The translations under genes were made by a program, and so were the position numbers. From Deinococcales bacterium (GTDB taxonomy: Bacteria > Deinococcota > Deinococci > Deinococcales > JAAFIG01), in assembly GCA_031414595.1 (NCBI GenBank), contig JANNVX010000029.1, positions 1 through 49,905 on the forward strand: a DNA stretch of 49,905 nucleotides, given 5' to 3'. The notes beneath the pieces are model-generated. The model saw only the letters and a list, made by a program, of their open reading frames with translations, had not been told where the DNA came from and did no database searches. Position 1 is the first letter of the stretch. Each line of letters starts with the position of its first letter. This document shows positions 30,066 to 39,764 of the stretch, piece after piece.

Positions 30066-30707
30066 TTAACGAAGCAAGGGTTCGATACGTGACAGTAAGC
30101 GCTGACGTTCTAAGGCAGTTTTTGGCAGTATGGCATCGGCGCGAAGCCAAAGTTCGATACCCGAGGCAATTTCAAATTGTTGCCAAGTTTGAACTGGGGT
30201 CGCCTCGAGAGCAACGGTCTGACCAGAAAGATTGGATTGGGGCTGTAAGCCACTTAAATAATCCAGCACTTGACGTTGGGCTTGCTGGTTCGCCGATTCT
30301 TCACGCATCACAGTTTGATTGATTTTTTGACGTTCTGGTTTGGCTGGCGAAGCAAACAAATCACCACCCAGTAACGCCTCGAGTTCGTTGGTGGCACGGC
30401 GCATCATCCCGTACAAGAGTTTGCTGGTGTACCCTTCTGCCATGGCACGGCGCAACAGCAGCACTTGCACCAAATGCCGATACGAGTACCGCGCCTCACG
30501 CCCTTCTTTAAGTGGTTCGTCTATCAGCCCTTGGCTGGCATAATGGCGCAAGTTGCGAATCGTGATTGGTTCTCGAGCGCGAGCGCCTTGGTAGCTTTCT
30601 GGCAGGTATTGTAGCAACCACGAATTACAAACTGTTTCAAATTCCTCAAGCGTGTAAATGAAATCCTGCTGCATCTCGAGATTTTTAAGAGTGTGCGGGG
30701 CTGCCAT
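30066..30707 (-). CDS. MerR-type HTH regulator
   Basis: 'T.RNLRHYASQGLIDEP...GREARYSYRHLVQ', C-terminal 'W....IA.GIEL'. Confidence 0.8.
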   Translation of the reverse strand: MAAPHTLKNLEMQQDFIYTLEEFETVCNSWLLQYLPESYQGARAREPITIRNLRHYASQGLIDEPLKEGREARYSYRHLVQVLLLRRAMAEGYTSKLLYGMMRRATNELEALLGGDLFASPAKPERQKINQTVMREESANQQAQRQVLDYLSGLQPQSNLSGQTVALEATPVQTWQQFEIASGIELWLRADAILPKTALERQRLLSRIEPLLR

Positions 30708-30794
30708 AACAAAACATTAACAGATTTTACTGAAATTGTCAAGATTTATAGAGAGTATGCTAAATAGCCTAGTCCACCATAGACCAATCTCTGT

Positions 30795-32207
30795 TCACCA
30801 AGAGGTGTCTAAAACCTCGGGCAGCGCTCCGCTTTTGGTCAGGTGACTCCAAACCAAGGTACAGGCGGGGTCAAAATGCGTTCCGGCTCGAGCCATGATA
30901 AAGGTTCGAGCCGCCTCATGGGTCATCGGTTCGCGGTAACTGCGCCGACTGGTCAGGGCATCATAGACATCTGCAATAGCGGTGATTCGGGCAAGCAGTG
31001 GAATGGTTTCGCCTTTGAGTTGGTCTGGATAGCCAGTGCCATCGTAACGCTCGTGATGGTGGCGAATAATGCTCAGTTCTTCGGGTAAAAAACCATTGGC
31101 TCGAGCGTATTCATAACCGATTATCGGGTGTTGTTCGATTAACGTGCGCTCCTCTGGCTCGAGGTTACTTGGTTTATTGAGGATGTTTTGTGGAATCTCG
31201 AGTTTTCCAAGGTCGTGAACCCAACCGCCTTGCGCCAATGCCCTCAGCTTTTCGGGTTTTAAGCCCAAGGCTTGCCCAATCTGAACCGCGTGCAGGGCGA
31301 CCCGCTTGTTGTGACCTGCGGTGTAAGAATCATGGATTTCGGTGGCACGAATCAGGTTTTGTAAATTAGGGTCAATCACTGACTCGAGCCGAGCCATCGG
31401 GTTGGCATTCCAGATGCCAGCTAAAGAAGCCGCCAATGCGCCGCGTGTGTATTGGCGCAGTAAACCCCAAATCATTGTGCCAACCGCAATCAGCAACACC
31501 CCATGATAAAACCACCACGATAAATCCCAGAGTGTTGAGGTGCTGATGATGAGTTGAGTGGTGGCAATCCATAAAGCGCAGTAGACCAGTGCCACTTGCA
31601 ACGGTGCATGGGTAAATAAGTACGAGCGCCAGTAACGCCAAGCTGCCAGCAACGCCAGCCCAATTGTCAAGCCACTTAATGGCAAGTGTAAGGGGTTTTC
31701 ATCGAGCGGAACCCATTCCACTAAGCTAGGCAGCAACAAAAGTCCTGCACACAAGACCAACAAAAAACCAGTCCATGCCCAAACCAACCAACCCGAGGCT
31801 TTTGCCAAATCACGCAGCAAAGGCGCGTCAGATGGAAAACTCGAGGAAAGCAGCCACAAAGCTGATAACACCACACTCATTTCGGCGGTAATTCCCGAGA
31901 CGCGGTTGTCGGGCAGTACAAAATTGGGGGTCGAGAAACCATGTGTGCCAAAAGCAATCCCCAAAGAAATAAACGCCAAAGAAACCAAAACAACCTGTAA
32001 GTTGCGTAACCTCGAGCCAATCAGCCCAATAAAAACCGCTATCCCAGCTGATAGTAGACTGGTGATGCTGACCAAGTAAAAATGTTGCCCGACCCCGTGT
32101 AAATGTACGTCAGCGCGGGGTAACAAGCGCAACAAGCCATAAATCAAGAGAGGGACAAGCATACCCAACCACAACGGATTGACAACCAAACTAGAATTGC
32201 GATTCAT
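30795..32207 (-). CDS. Membrane-bound HD-GYP phosphodiesterase
   Basis: About 8 TM helices, HDLGK, HHERYDGTGYP, ADVYDALTS.R.YR. Confidence 0.9.
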   Translation of the reverse strand: MNRNSSLVVNPLWLGMLVPLLIYGLLRLLPRADVHLHGVGQHFYLVSITSLLSAGIAVFIGLIGSRLRNLQVVLVSLAFISLGIAFGTHGFSTPNFVLPDNRVSGITAEMSVVLSALWLLSSSFPSDAPLLRDLAKASGWLVWAWTGFLLVLCAGLLLLPSLVEWVPLDENPLHLPLSGLTIGLALLAAWRYWRSYLFTHAPLQVALVYCALWIATTQLIISTSTLWDLSWWFYHGVLLIAVGTMIWGLLRQYTRGALAASLAGIWNANPMARLESVIDPNLQNLIRATEIHDSYTAGHNKRVALHAVQIGQALGLKPEKLRALAQGGWVHDLGKLEIPQNILNKPSNLEPEERTLIEQHPIIGYEYARANGFLPEELSIIRHHHERYDGTGYPDQLKGETIPLLARITAIADVYDALTSRRSYREPMTHEAARTFIMARAGTHFDPACTLVWSHLTKSGALPEVLDTSW

Positions 32208-32293
32208 ACCTTTTTATACGCGCTTGGAGACTTGTTTGGATACTTAAGACTTTTTCCCTTCATCATAAAGCCTGAACTTGTTAGAATCTAAAA

Positions 32294-33097
32294 ATGATCG
32301 TTGTTAAAGTTGGCGGAAGCCTAGGAATTGATTATGATGCGGTGTGTAACGATATAGCCGACCTATGGCTCGAGGGCAAAAAACTTGTCTTGGTACATGG
32401 TGGCAGTGCCGAAACCAACCGCATTGCCGAATTGCTCGGGCATCCGCCTAAATTTGTGACCAGCCCAAGTGGATACACCAGTCGGTTTACTGACCGCGAA
32501 ACCTTAGAAATTTTTGAGATGGTGTACTGCGGCAAACAAAACAAAGGCATTGTCGAACGACTGCAACGCCGTGGAGTCAATGCCGTCGGATTATCTGGAC
32601 TGGACGGACGGATTTTTGAGGGTAAACACAAAGATTCGGTTCGGGCAGTCGAAAACGGAAAAGTGAAAATCTTACGCGGCGACCACACTGGAACAGTCGA
32701 AAAAGTCAATGGCGCATTGCTGCATTTACTCTTGGACAACGGGTATTTACCAGTCCTGACCCCACCCGCTTCGAGTTTTGAGGGTGTTGCCATCAATGTA
32801 GACGGAGACCGAGCCGCCGCCGCCCTCGCCACCGAATTAAAAGCCGAAGCCTTGCTGCTTTTATCTAATGTCCCCGGACTGCTACGCAACTTTCGAGACG
32901 AAAGCAGTTTAATTAAACATATCCCAGCTAACGATGTAGAAAGTTACCTCGAGTTTGCCCAAGACCGCATGAAGAAAAAAGTGCTTGGTGCAGCCGAAGC
33001 GGTACAGGGTGGTTGCAAAAGGGTTATTTTTGGTGATGCACGACTCGAGAAACCAGTCACGAAAGCACTCGAGGGCATGGGGACGGTTGTTTCTTAG
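32294..33097 (+). CDS. lysZ: [LysW]-aminoadipate kinase
   Basis: MIVVKVGG, VHGG, SGYTSR.TD, NVDGDRAAA, RMKKKVLGA. Confidence 0.92.
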   Translation: MIVVKVGGSLGIDYDAVCNDIADLWLEGKKLVLVHGGSAETNRIAELLGHPPKFVTSPSGYTSRFTDRETLEIFEMVYCGKQNKGIVERLQRRGVNAVGLSGLDGRIFEGKHKDSVRAVENGKVKILRGDHTGTVEKVNGALLHLLLDNGYLPVLTPPASSFEGVAINVDGDRAAAALATELKAEALLLLSNVPGLLRNFRDESSLIKHIPANDVESYLEFAQDRMKKKVLGAAEAVQGGCKRVIFGDARLEKPVTKALEGMGTVVS

Positions 33098-33129
33098 GAA
33101 CTATCCGAAAATAAAATCCGTGAATCGTT

Positions 33130-33199
33130 GGGCGAGGCATGCCTCGCCCCTACGACAAAAATCTCATGCTAAACCGTAGGGGTTAGGCATGCCTAAACC
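33130..33199. repeat. Pair of GTAG-type REP hairpins in opposite orientation
   Basis: Minus-strand GTAGGGGCGAGGCATGCCTCGCCC (33130-33153) and plus-strand GTAGGGGTTAGGCATGCCTAAACC (33176-33199). Confidence 0.75.
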
Positions 33200-33389
33200 G
33201 TTTAAGGTCAGATCCATTCTCAAATCGGGAAGCGCCCCAAGCCCGTAGGTGCTGTAGTTGCGGGTAAGAAGTTATTTCTGGACAATTCCTTAGGATAAAA
33301 CACATTCCGAACGAATTCTCGAGCATTGGGGCTTGTTGCCATCGAGTTTTTGTGTCAATTTTCATATAACTCATTAAAATAATTCTATT

Positions 33390-34415
33390 ATGAATAATAT
33401 GAAATCGGATTCGCAATTCACCTACGGTGTTTTCATTGGCAGATTCCAGCCACCACACCAAACCCACATCGCCGTGATGCTCGAAGCACTCGAGAAGGTT
33501 CAAAAACTGATTGTGGTGATTGGCAGTGCTAAAACTGCTCGGAGCATCAAAAACCCATTTTTAGCCGAAGAACGCCAGCACCTCATCCAAACTGCGCTCG
33601 AGAAGGCTGGTATAGACAAAACCAGAATTGCTTTTACTTATGTGCGCGATTATTTTTACAACGAAGCCATGTGGTTAGCCAGTGTGCAGAACGGAGTTCA
33701 CGGCATCACCAAAGGCAGTGACCACATCGCGCTACTCGGGCATCTCAAGGACAACTCGAGCTACTACTTAAAATCGTTTCCACAATGGGATTACTTACCG
33801 ACCAAAATCATCTCGAGCCTAAACGCCACCGAAGTCCGCAAGGCGCTCTGGACGGGGCAGGCAACCGAAAATATGGTCAGTCCTAGCACTGCTAAATGGC
33901 TGACGGATTTTCAAAAAACCCAAGAGTACCAAGACCTTGTTCTCGAGTACCAATTTGTCCAAGATTACAAAAAAATCTGGGCAGCCGCGCCGTACCCACC
34001 CGTGTTTGTCACCACCGATGCGGTTGTTATGAAAAGCGGTTTTGTGCTGGTGATTAAACGTGGCGACCACCCCGGCAAAGGCAAATACGCCATCCCCGGC
34101 GGATTTTTGAACCAAAAAGAAAGTTTACTCGAGGGCTGCTTACGAGAATTACTCGAGGAGACTGGGCTAAAACTCGAGCCAGATAAATACCTCAAAAACA
34201 GCGCCGTCTTTGACTACCCAGACCGCAGTTTGCGCGGACGCACCATCACCCATGCCTATCATTTTGACCTAGGGATTGGCAGTTTGCCAAACATCAAAGG
34301 CTCAGACGATGCCGCCGATGCCTTCTGGATGCCACTATCAGAAGCCCTCTCCAAACCAGAATTGTTCTTTGAAGACCACCACGCGATTATTGAGCATTTC
34401 GTACTCAGGCAATGA
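33390..34415 (+). CDS. nadM: Bifunctional NMN adenylyltransferase/Nudix ADP-ribose pyrophosphatase
   Basis: GRFQPPH..H, NPF..ER, YPPVFVTTDAVV, Nudix box PGGF...E......RELLEETG. Confidence 0.93.
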   Translation: MNNMKSDSQFTYGVFIGRFQPPHQTHIAVMLEALEKVQKLIVVIGSAKTARSIKNPFLAEERQHLIQTALEKAGIDKTRIAFTYVRDYFYNEAMWLASVQNGVHGITKGSDHIALLGHLKDNSSYYLKSFPQWDYLPTKIISSLNATEVRKALWTGQATENMVSPSTAKWLTDFQKTQEYQDLVLEYQFVQDYKKIWAAAPYPPVFVTTDAVVMKSGFVLVIKRGDHPGKGKYAIPGGFLNQKESLLEGCLRELLEETGLKLEPDKYLKNSAVFDYPDRSLRGRTITHAYHFDLGIGSLPNIKGSDDAADAFWMPLSEALSKPELFFEDHHAIIEHFVLRQ

Positions 34416-34538
34416 GCCACTAGCTGCTGGTTTTTAGCTTCTAGCTCTAAGCAAAAATACTATTTTTACCAATAAGTCTGACAAATTCTCGCCTCGATTC
34501 AAACCTAGCAGCCAGGAGCTAGGAGCTAGGAGCTAATT

Positions 34539-35924
34539 ATGAAACCTATTAACGACAGCAACATCATTCTCGACACTGACAGCTACAAAAGCTCGCACTT
34601 TATGCAGTATCCGCCAAACATGACTCGGATGATGAGCTATCTCGAGTCTCGGGGTGGAACGTACCCAGCCACACGTTTTTTTGGCTTGCAGTACGTCTTA
34701 AAAAAATACTTGACCACTCGGATCACTTTAGAGATGGTCGAAGAAGCCAACGAAGTCTTAAGCGCCCACGGTGAGCCTTTTCCGCTCGAGGCTTGGCGGT
34801 TGATTGCCACCGAACTTGGCGGCAATCTGCCACTCGAGATTCGGGCTGTGCCAGAAGGAACACTTGTGCCTAATCACAATGTGTTACTGACTTGTACCAA
34901 TACTGATGAACGTTTTCCTTGGTTGGTCAGTTGGTTTGAAACAATGCTGATGCGGGTTTGGTATCCCACCACAGTTGCCACACAAAGTTATTTTATTCGT
35001 GGCATTATCGAAAAAGCCCTCGAGGAAAGTTCTGACGACCCCAAAAGCGAAATTGCTTTTAAGCTCCATGATTTTGGCTCGAGAGGCGTGTCTAGTCGTG
35101 AATCGGCTGGAATTGGCGGCTTGGCGCACTTGCTGAACTTTATGGGAACAGACACCTTAGAGGCGATTCGGTTGGCACGCAACTATTATGGGGCAGACAT
35201 TGCTGGTTTTAGCATTCCAGCCGCCGAACACAGCACCGTCACCAGTTGGGGCAAAGAAAACGAACTCGAGGCATACCGTCATATGGTGGGGATGTTCGCT
35301 AAACCGGGGGCTTTATTTGCGGTGGTTTCGGATAGTTACGACTTAAAACATGCGATTAACGAATTTTGGGGCGAAGCCTTGCGTGAACAAGTGATTGCCA
35401 GTGGCGCGACCCTTGTGGTACGTCCAGACAGTGGCGATCCACCCGCCGTAGTACGCATGGCGGTTAATGCCCTTGAAGCCAAATTTGGACACAGCCTCAA
35501 CAGCAAAGGCTACAAAGTGCTGAATCATGTCCGCGTCATCCAAGGCGACGGCATCAATGAAGACAGCATTAAAGAAATCCTCGCTGCAATCATGAACGAC
35601 GGTTACAGCGCAACCAACGTCGGCTTTGGCATGGGTGGTGCGTTGCTACAAAAAGTAGACCGTGACACCCAACGCTTTGCCTATAAAGCTAGTGCGGGAA
35701 TCGTTGGCGGAACATACCGCCCAATTTACAAAGACCCTGTGACCGACCCACGTAAACGCAGCAAAGATGGGATTCTGGACTTGGTTCTCGAGAATGGAAA
35801 ATTTCGCACCATGCAGTACACCGATTTTGCCTCGAGTTACCCGAATTCGGTGATGCGAACTGTTTTTAGAAATGGCGAACTATTGGTAGAAGACAACCTC
35901 GAGATGATACGCTCGAGAGCATAG
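34539..35924 (+). CDS. nadV: Nicotinamide phosphoribosyltransferase (NadV/NAMPT type)
   Basis: DTDSYKSSH, WYPTTVAT, LHDFGSRG, SIPAAEHS, VSDSYD, RPDSGDP, IQGDG, FGMGG. Confidence 0.9.
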   Translation: MKPINDSNIILDTDSYKSSHFMQYPPNMTRMMSYLESRGGTYPATRFFGLQYVLKKYLTTRITLEMVEEANEVLSAHGEPFPLEAWRLIATELGGNLPLEIRAVPEGTLVPNHNVLLTCTNTDERFPWLVSWFETMLMRVWYPTTVATQSYFIRGIIEKALEESSDDPKSEIAFKLHDFGSRGVSSRESAGIGGLAHLLNFMGTDTLEAIRLARNYYGADIAGFSIPAAEHSTVTSWGKENELEAYRHMVGMFAKPGALFAVVSDSYDLKHAINEFWGEALREQVIASGATLVVRPDSGDPPAVVRMAVNALEAKFGHSLNSKGYKVLNHVRVIQGDGINEDSIKEILAAIMNDGYSATNVGFGMGGALLQKVDRDTQRFAYKASAGIVGGTYRPIYKDPVTDPRKRSKDGILDLVLENGKFRTMQYTDFASSYPNSVMRTVFRNGELLVEDNLEMIRSRA

Positions 35925-35997
35925 AGGACAAATTATGACAGTAAGCGTTTAGTTCTCAATCAAATGAATTGGCTTGATTTAATCAGATTTTTGAGAC

Positions 35998-36621
35998 ATG
36001 ATTGAGTTCATGGACGCACTTGACAAGTTTGTAATTTCCAGACAAAAATTACAAACTTACCCAGAAACAATCACACAAATCGGTTCTTTACCGCAAGCCT
36101 ATGCCACGGCAAAACGACTCGAGTCTATTTTTCGTGAAAGAGTTCGGGCTTGTGCTGCGGAGTTAGGTCTTTCGTGGGCATGTCGTCCAAATAACGGTAT
36201 TAAAAATCCAGACCGAATTCTCGAGAAAGCAGTGCGTGATGTGATTCCACTCGATATGCTGGCTGGAAAATTGATTGTGAATTCTGTGCGAACGGCTTAT
36301 GCAATTGGGGTGCAACTCGAGCGGTATTTTAACATCGTTGCCTTTAAGGATCGGGTTATTGAACCTCAACGGAGCGGCTACCGCGATTTACAGTTTATTG
36401 TCGCTATCGAAAGCCAGCATTTGGCTGAACTAAAAATCGTCCATCAAGAACTTGATACATTCGATACAATAGAACATGATATTTATGAAATTGTTCGCAA
36501 GTTGCAAAATCGTGAATCATTATCTTCAATTGAGCAAAAAGTTCTAAATGACCTTCAAAAAACCTCTCAAACACTGTATGCTGGAATCTGGCAAGGCATT
36601 CTGACTCGAGAGGAATTATAA
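35998..36621 (+). CDS. Single-domain RelA/SpoT-like nucleotidyltransferase
   Basis: IK.PDRILEK, D.LAG.LIV, KD.......SGYRDL, AELKI, H.IYE..R. Confidence 0.7.
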   Translation: MIEFMDALDKFVISRQKLQTYPETITQIGSLPQAYATAKRLESIFRERVRACAAELGLSWACRPNNGIKNPDRILEKAVRDVIPLDMLAGKLIVNSVRTAYAIGVQLERYFNIVAFKDRVIEPQRSGYRDLQFIVAIESQHLAELKIVHQELDTFDTIEHDIYEIVRKLQNRESLSSIEQKVLNDLQKTSQTLYAGIWQGILTREEL

Positions 36622-36623
36622 CC

Positions 36624-36860
36624 ATGAAACAAACCGAATACTTTCAAGTGGGTAAAAGTGCCGCAGCTTTTGTATACGATGCAAGTGGTTCTTTGCGTAT
36701 CCAAGTTCTCAATCCCGGAGCAACCGAATTCGAGGTTGATAACACCGTTTGGGCAGAAGTTCATTTTGACCGTGACAGCATTAGTAAAACGCTTGACCGA
36801 ATTCAATTTGAACAAGTCGTTCTCGAGCTTGGTGGAAATCCAGCAACCATACCAGCTTAA
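36624..36860 (+). CDS. Small acidic hypothetical protein (78 aa)
   Basis: RBS GAGG, starts 2 nt after the upstream stop. Confidence 0.7.
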   Translation: MKQTEYFQVGKSAAAFVYDASGSLRIQVLNPGATEFEVDNTVWAEVHFDRDSISKTLDRIQFEQVVLELGGNPATIPA

Positions 36861-37705
36861 CTGTTCGGGATAGCATTGGTTGCCAGTAACACCAAAATCA
36901 CCACACCAGCCACAATGCGGTAAATCGCAAAGCCCTTAAAATTATTTCTCGAGACGAATTTCAGTAACCAAGTCACGGCTAAAAAAGCTGTGACTAAACT
37001 GACTAAACTGCCGACAATCAAAGCTGATGACCCGCCCGGTAAACTGCCAAGTTCATCTCGGGCTTTGTAGAGCTTATAAAGCCCGGCTGCGCCAAGCGTA
37101 GGAATACCCATATAAAAGGAAAATGCCGTGGCGGTCACACGGTTTAAGCCAACCATCCAGCCGCCGACAATGCTTGCACCGCTTCGGCTTGTACCGGGGA
37201 AAATCACTGCTAAGACTTGAAAACAGCCAATCAAAAGCGCTTGGCGTGGGGTAATGCTATCAATCATCGGTTCGAGCGGTTCTGGTTCAGTGCTTTTGTT
37301 GCCACGCAGCGTCTCGAGGACATATAAAATAACTCCACCAACAATTAAAGCAATTGCCACAGTTAAAGGTGTGTCCAAAAAACCTAGGGCATTCTCGAGA
37401 AGTAGTCCAATAATCGCGGCGGGAATCGTGGAAATCAGTAAATTTGACCAGAATTTAAGGGCTTTTTGTTGCCCAGCGAATAAACCCGTAACTCGAGCCA
37501 GTAAGTCCTTAAAATAGTACAGCACCACCGCCAGAATCGCGCCAATTTGAATTACCACAGTAAAGGTTTTATTGGGGTCTTCAAAACCCAGTAAACTCTC
37601 GGCGACAATTAAATGCCCCGTACTCGAGATTGGTAAGAACTCGGTGATGCCTTCAACGATACCAAGAATAACGGCTTCTAAAAAAAAATTCACGAGCGGG
37701 AGCAT
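36857..37705 (-). CDS. uppP: Undecaprenyl-diphosphate phosphatase
   Basis: GIVEGITEFLPISSTGHL, IQIGAILAV, PGTSRSG. Confidence 0.96.
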   Translation of the reverse strand: MLPLVNFFLEAVILGIVEGITEFLPISSTGHLIVAESLLGFEDPNKTFTVVIQIGAILAVVLYYFKDLLARVTGLFAGQQKALKFWSNLLISTIPAAIIGLLLENALGFLDTPLTVAIALIVGGVILYVLETLRGNKSTEPEPLEPMIDSITPRQALLIGCFQVLAVIFPGTSRSGASIVGGWMVGLNRVTATAFSFYMGIPTLGAAGLYKLYKARDELGSLPGGSSALIVGSLVSLVTAFLAVTWLLKFVSRNNFKGFAIYRIVAGVVILVLLATNAIPNS

Positions 37706-37744
37706 ACCAAAAATAATATGAAACCGAAATGAAACGACTCGAGA

Positions 37745-38830
37745 CTAGACATTAAATAAGAAATTCACCACGTCGCCATCACGCATTTCGTACTCTTTAC
37801 CTTCGCTTCTAACCCAGCCTTTGGCTTTGGCGTTGACCAAATTTCCGGCTTCAATCAGTTTTTCCCATTCGATTACTTCCGCCCGAATAAAACCACGTTC
37901 GATGTCGGTGTGGATTGTTCCCGCCGCTTGAGGTGCTTTTGTGCCTTTGGTAATTGTCCAAGCCCGAGTTTCTTTTTCGCCAGCCGTTAAAAATGTTTGT
38001 AAGCCCAGCGAATGAAAACCCACTTTGACCAGTCGCTCGAGACCTGATTCGGTTAAACCGAGTGTTTCTAAAAACATCGCGGCTTCTTCTGGCTCGAGGT
38101 CAGCAATCTCCCCTTCGATTTGCGCCGAAATTTTCACCACATCTGCGCCTTCTTTAGCGGCGTATTCGCGCACCGTTTTGACATGATCGTTGTCCTCGGC
38201 TAAAGTGGCTTCGTCTACGTTCATCACATACAACAAGGGCTTAGAGGTAATCAACCCAAGTTCTTTGGGGATTTCAATACCTGTTAAACGGGCGGGAATT
38301 CCGTCGGAAAGTGGCTTCAGAATCGCTTCGACTTTCTCGAACAATTCAGCATCGTCTTTGTTGCCTTTGGCATTTTTTCGTAAGCGGTCAAGGCGTTTCT
38401 CTAAAGTTTGTAAATCGGCGAGGGCTAACTCTGTATTGATGATTTCGATGTCCTCGAGTGGACTAATTTTACCTGCCACATGGATAATATCTGGGTTTTC
38501 AAAGCAGCGAACCACATGGGCAATGGCGCTGACTTCGCGGATATGGGCTAAAAACTGATTGCCCAAGCCTTCGCCCGAAGATGCCCCTTTGACCAGCCCA
38601 GCTATATCCACAAATTCGACATGGGTTTCGACGATTTGTGGTACACGATCACCTTTGCTGTAGAGCTTACTGAGCGCGTTTAAGCGTTCATCACGCAAAC
38701 TGACCATACCAATGTTTTTGTCAATCGTGGCAAATGGATAATTAGCACTGAGCGCTCCAGCTTTGGTGATGGCATTAAAAAGAGTTGACTTTCCGACATT
38801 GGGTAATCCGACAATTCCTAGTCCTAACAT
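37745..38830 (-). CDS. ychF: Redox-regulated ATPase YchF
   Basis: GIVGLPNVGKST, NYPFATI, DIAGLV, GEGLGNQFL, TGS domain; RBS GGAGG before ATG 38830. Confidence 0.97.
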   Translation of the reverse strand: MLGLGIVGLPNVGKSTLFNAITKAGALSANYPFATIDKNIGMVSLRDERLNALSKLYSKGDRVPQIVETHVEFVDIAGLVKGASSGEGLGNQFLAHIREVSAIAHVVRCFENPDIIHVAGKISPLEDIEIINTELALADLQTLEKRLDRLRKNAKGNKDDAELFEKVEAILKPLSDGIPARLTGIEIPKELGLITSKPLLYVMNVDEATLAEDNDHVKTVREYAAKEGADVVKISAQIEGEIADLEPEEAAMFLETLGLTESGLERLVKVGFHSLGLQTFLTAGEKETRAWTITKGTKAPQAAGTIHTDIERGFIRAEVIEWEKLIEAGNLVNAKAKGWVRSEGKEYEMRDGDVVNFLFNV

Positions 38831-38943
38831 AGTATCCTCCGACTCGAGGATTCTCGAGCAAACCTTAAGAGAATAGCACATTGGAAATTGAAAGCTGGGT
38901 TTTGGCTGGCAACCCTAGCGCCAAATAAACCGACCAAAAAAAT

Positions 38944-38970
38944 AACCCCCTGTCATAAACAGGGGTTTTT
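38944..38970. terminator. Terminator downstream of the MazF-like gene
   Basis: CCCCTGT-CATAA-ACAGGGG flanked by A and T runs. Confidence 0.75.
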
Positions 38971-38985
38971 GTTCGTGCCATAAGG

Positions 38986-39348
38986 TTACTCTCCCAACCC
39001 GTTCTTGGTCATGATTCGCAATGCTGCTCGAGATTGTTCTAAAGCATCACCCTCGAGCTTCCCGTAATACCCACGCACCCGCGAAGCGTCAACACTGGTG
39101 ATATGGTCAAAAAGAATAGTGCAGGCTTCGCTAAGGTTTGCTTCTCCTGCAACAAGTTGTACGCGAAGTACCCCTTGGTGTTTTGTGGTCGTGGTAATTG
39201 GGACGACCACAAGCATTGGGGATTCGAGTTTTTGGTGTGAACTTGGATCATCAATCAGCAATGCAGGACGTTCCCCCGTTTGTTCATGTCCTTTGGGTTT
39301 GCGTTCAGGGAAGGCAACGCGAATCACTTGTCCAAAAACACTATTCAT
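38986..39348 (-). CDS. MazF/PemK-family toxin
   Basis: G.V..V.FP....GHEQ.G.RPAL, VVPITT, D.I.SVD..R. Confidence 0.9.
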   Translation of the reverse strand: MNSVFGQVIRVAFPERKPKGHEQTGERPALLIDDPSSHQKLESPMLVVVPITTTTKHQGVLRVQLVAGEANLSEACTILFDHITSVDASRVRGYYGKLEGDALEQSRAALRIMTKNGLGE

Positions 39349-39764
39349 GTGTCTCTCTCAAGTAAGACAATACCTTTACCCTGCACGTATCTAGCGGGTT
39401 TTGCGGCTGCTTTCATACTTTCATGCCAGCGTTTTAGTTCCTCGGGCGGTACGTCCTTCTCGAGTTTGTGAATGGCTTGCATGGTGTCTTGTCCTGCCAT
39501 ATCGAGCCATGCCTTAGATTCCTCGTCCATTTCCTCGAGCGGTTCTTCTATCACCTCGAGCAAGTCGTTAGGCGTGACTGGCTTACCAGTAAGCCGTGCA
39601 AGCGCAACAAGCAGCGCATTCAAGGTATTAAACCGTACCCCGTCAACTTCACCCGATGCCAGCTTGTACAATGTGGTACGGCTTACTTCGGGGCATTCTT
39701 TCTCGAGACGATAGACACTTAAACCATTTGCGTCAAGACAATCTTTTAACTTTAGTTTAATCAT
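39345..39764 (-). CDS. Xre HTH protein with acidic extension, probable antitoxin
   Basis: Xre HTH '..L...GLSVY.L....VSRTTLY.L..G...GVRF.TL..L..AL...TG..VT..DLLE'; ATGA overlap with the toxin; start may be 39803. Confidence 0.8.
   Translation of the reverse strand: MIKLKLKDCLDANGLSVYRLEKECPEVSRTTLYKLASGEVDGVRFNTLNALLVALARLTGKPVTPNDLLEVIEEPLEEMDEESKAWLDMAGQDTMQAIHKLEKDVPPEELKRWHESMKAAAKPARYVQGKGIVLLERDT

Noticed and set aside
33348-33370. Possible NrtR box before nadM
   Set aside because: Only one half-site (GTGTC) fits; the palindrome is too weak.
33390-35924. NadM-Nudix plus NAMPT as a phage-type NAD reconstitution module
   Set aside because: Ordinary chromosomal salvage operon with no mobile context.
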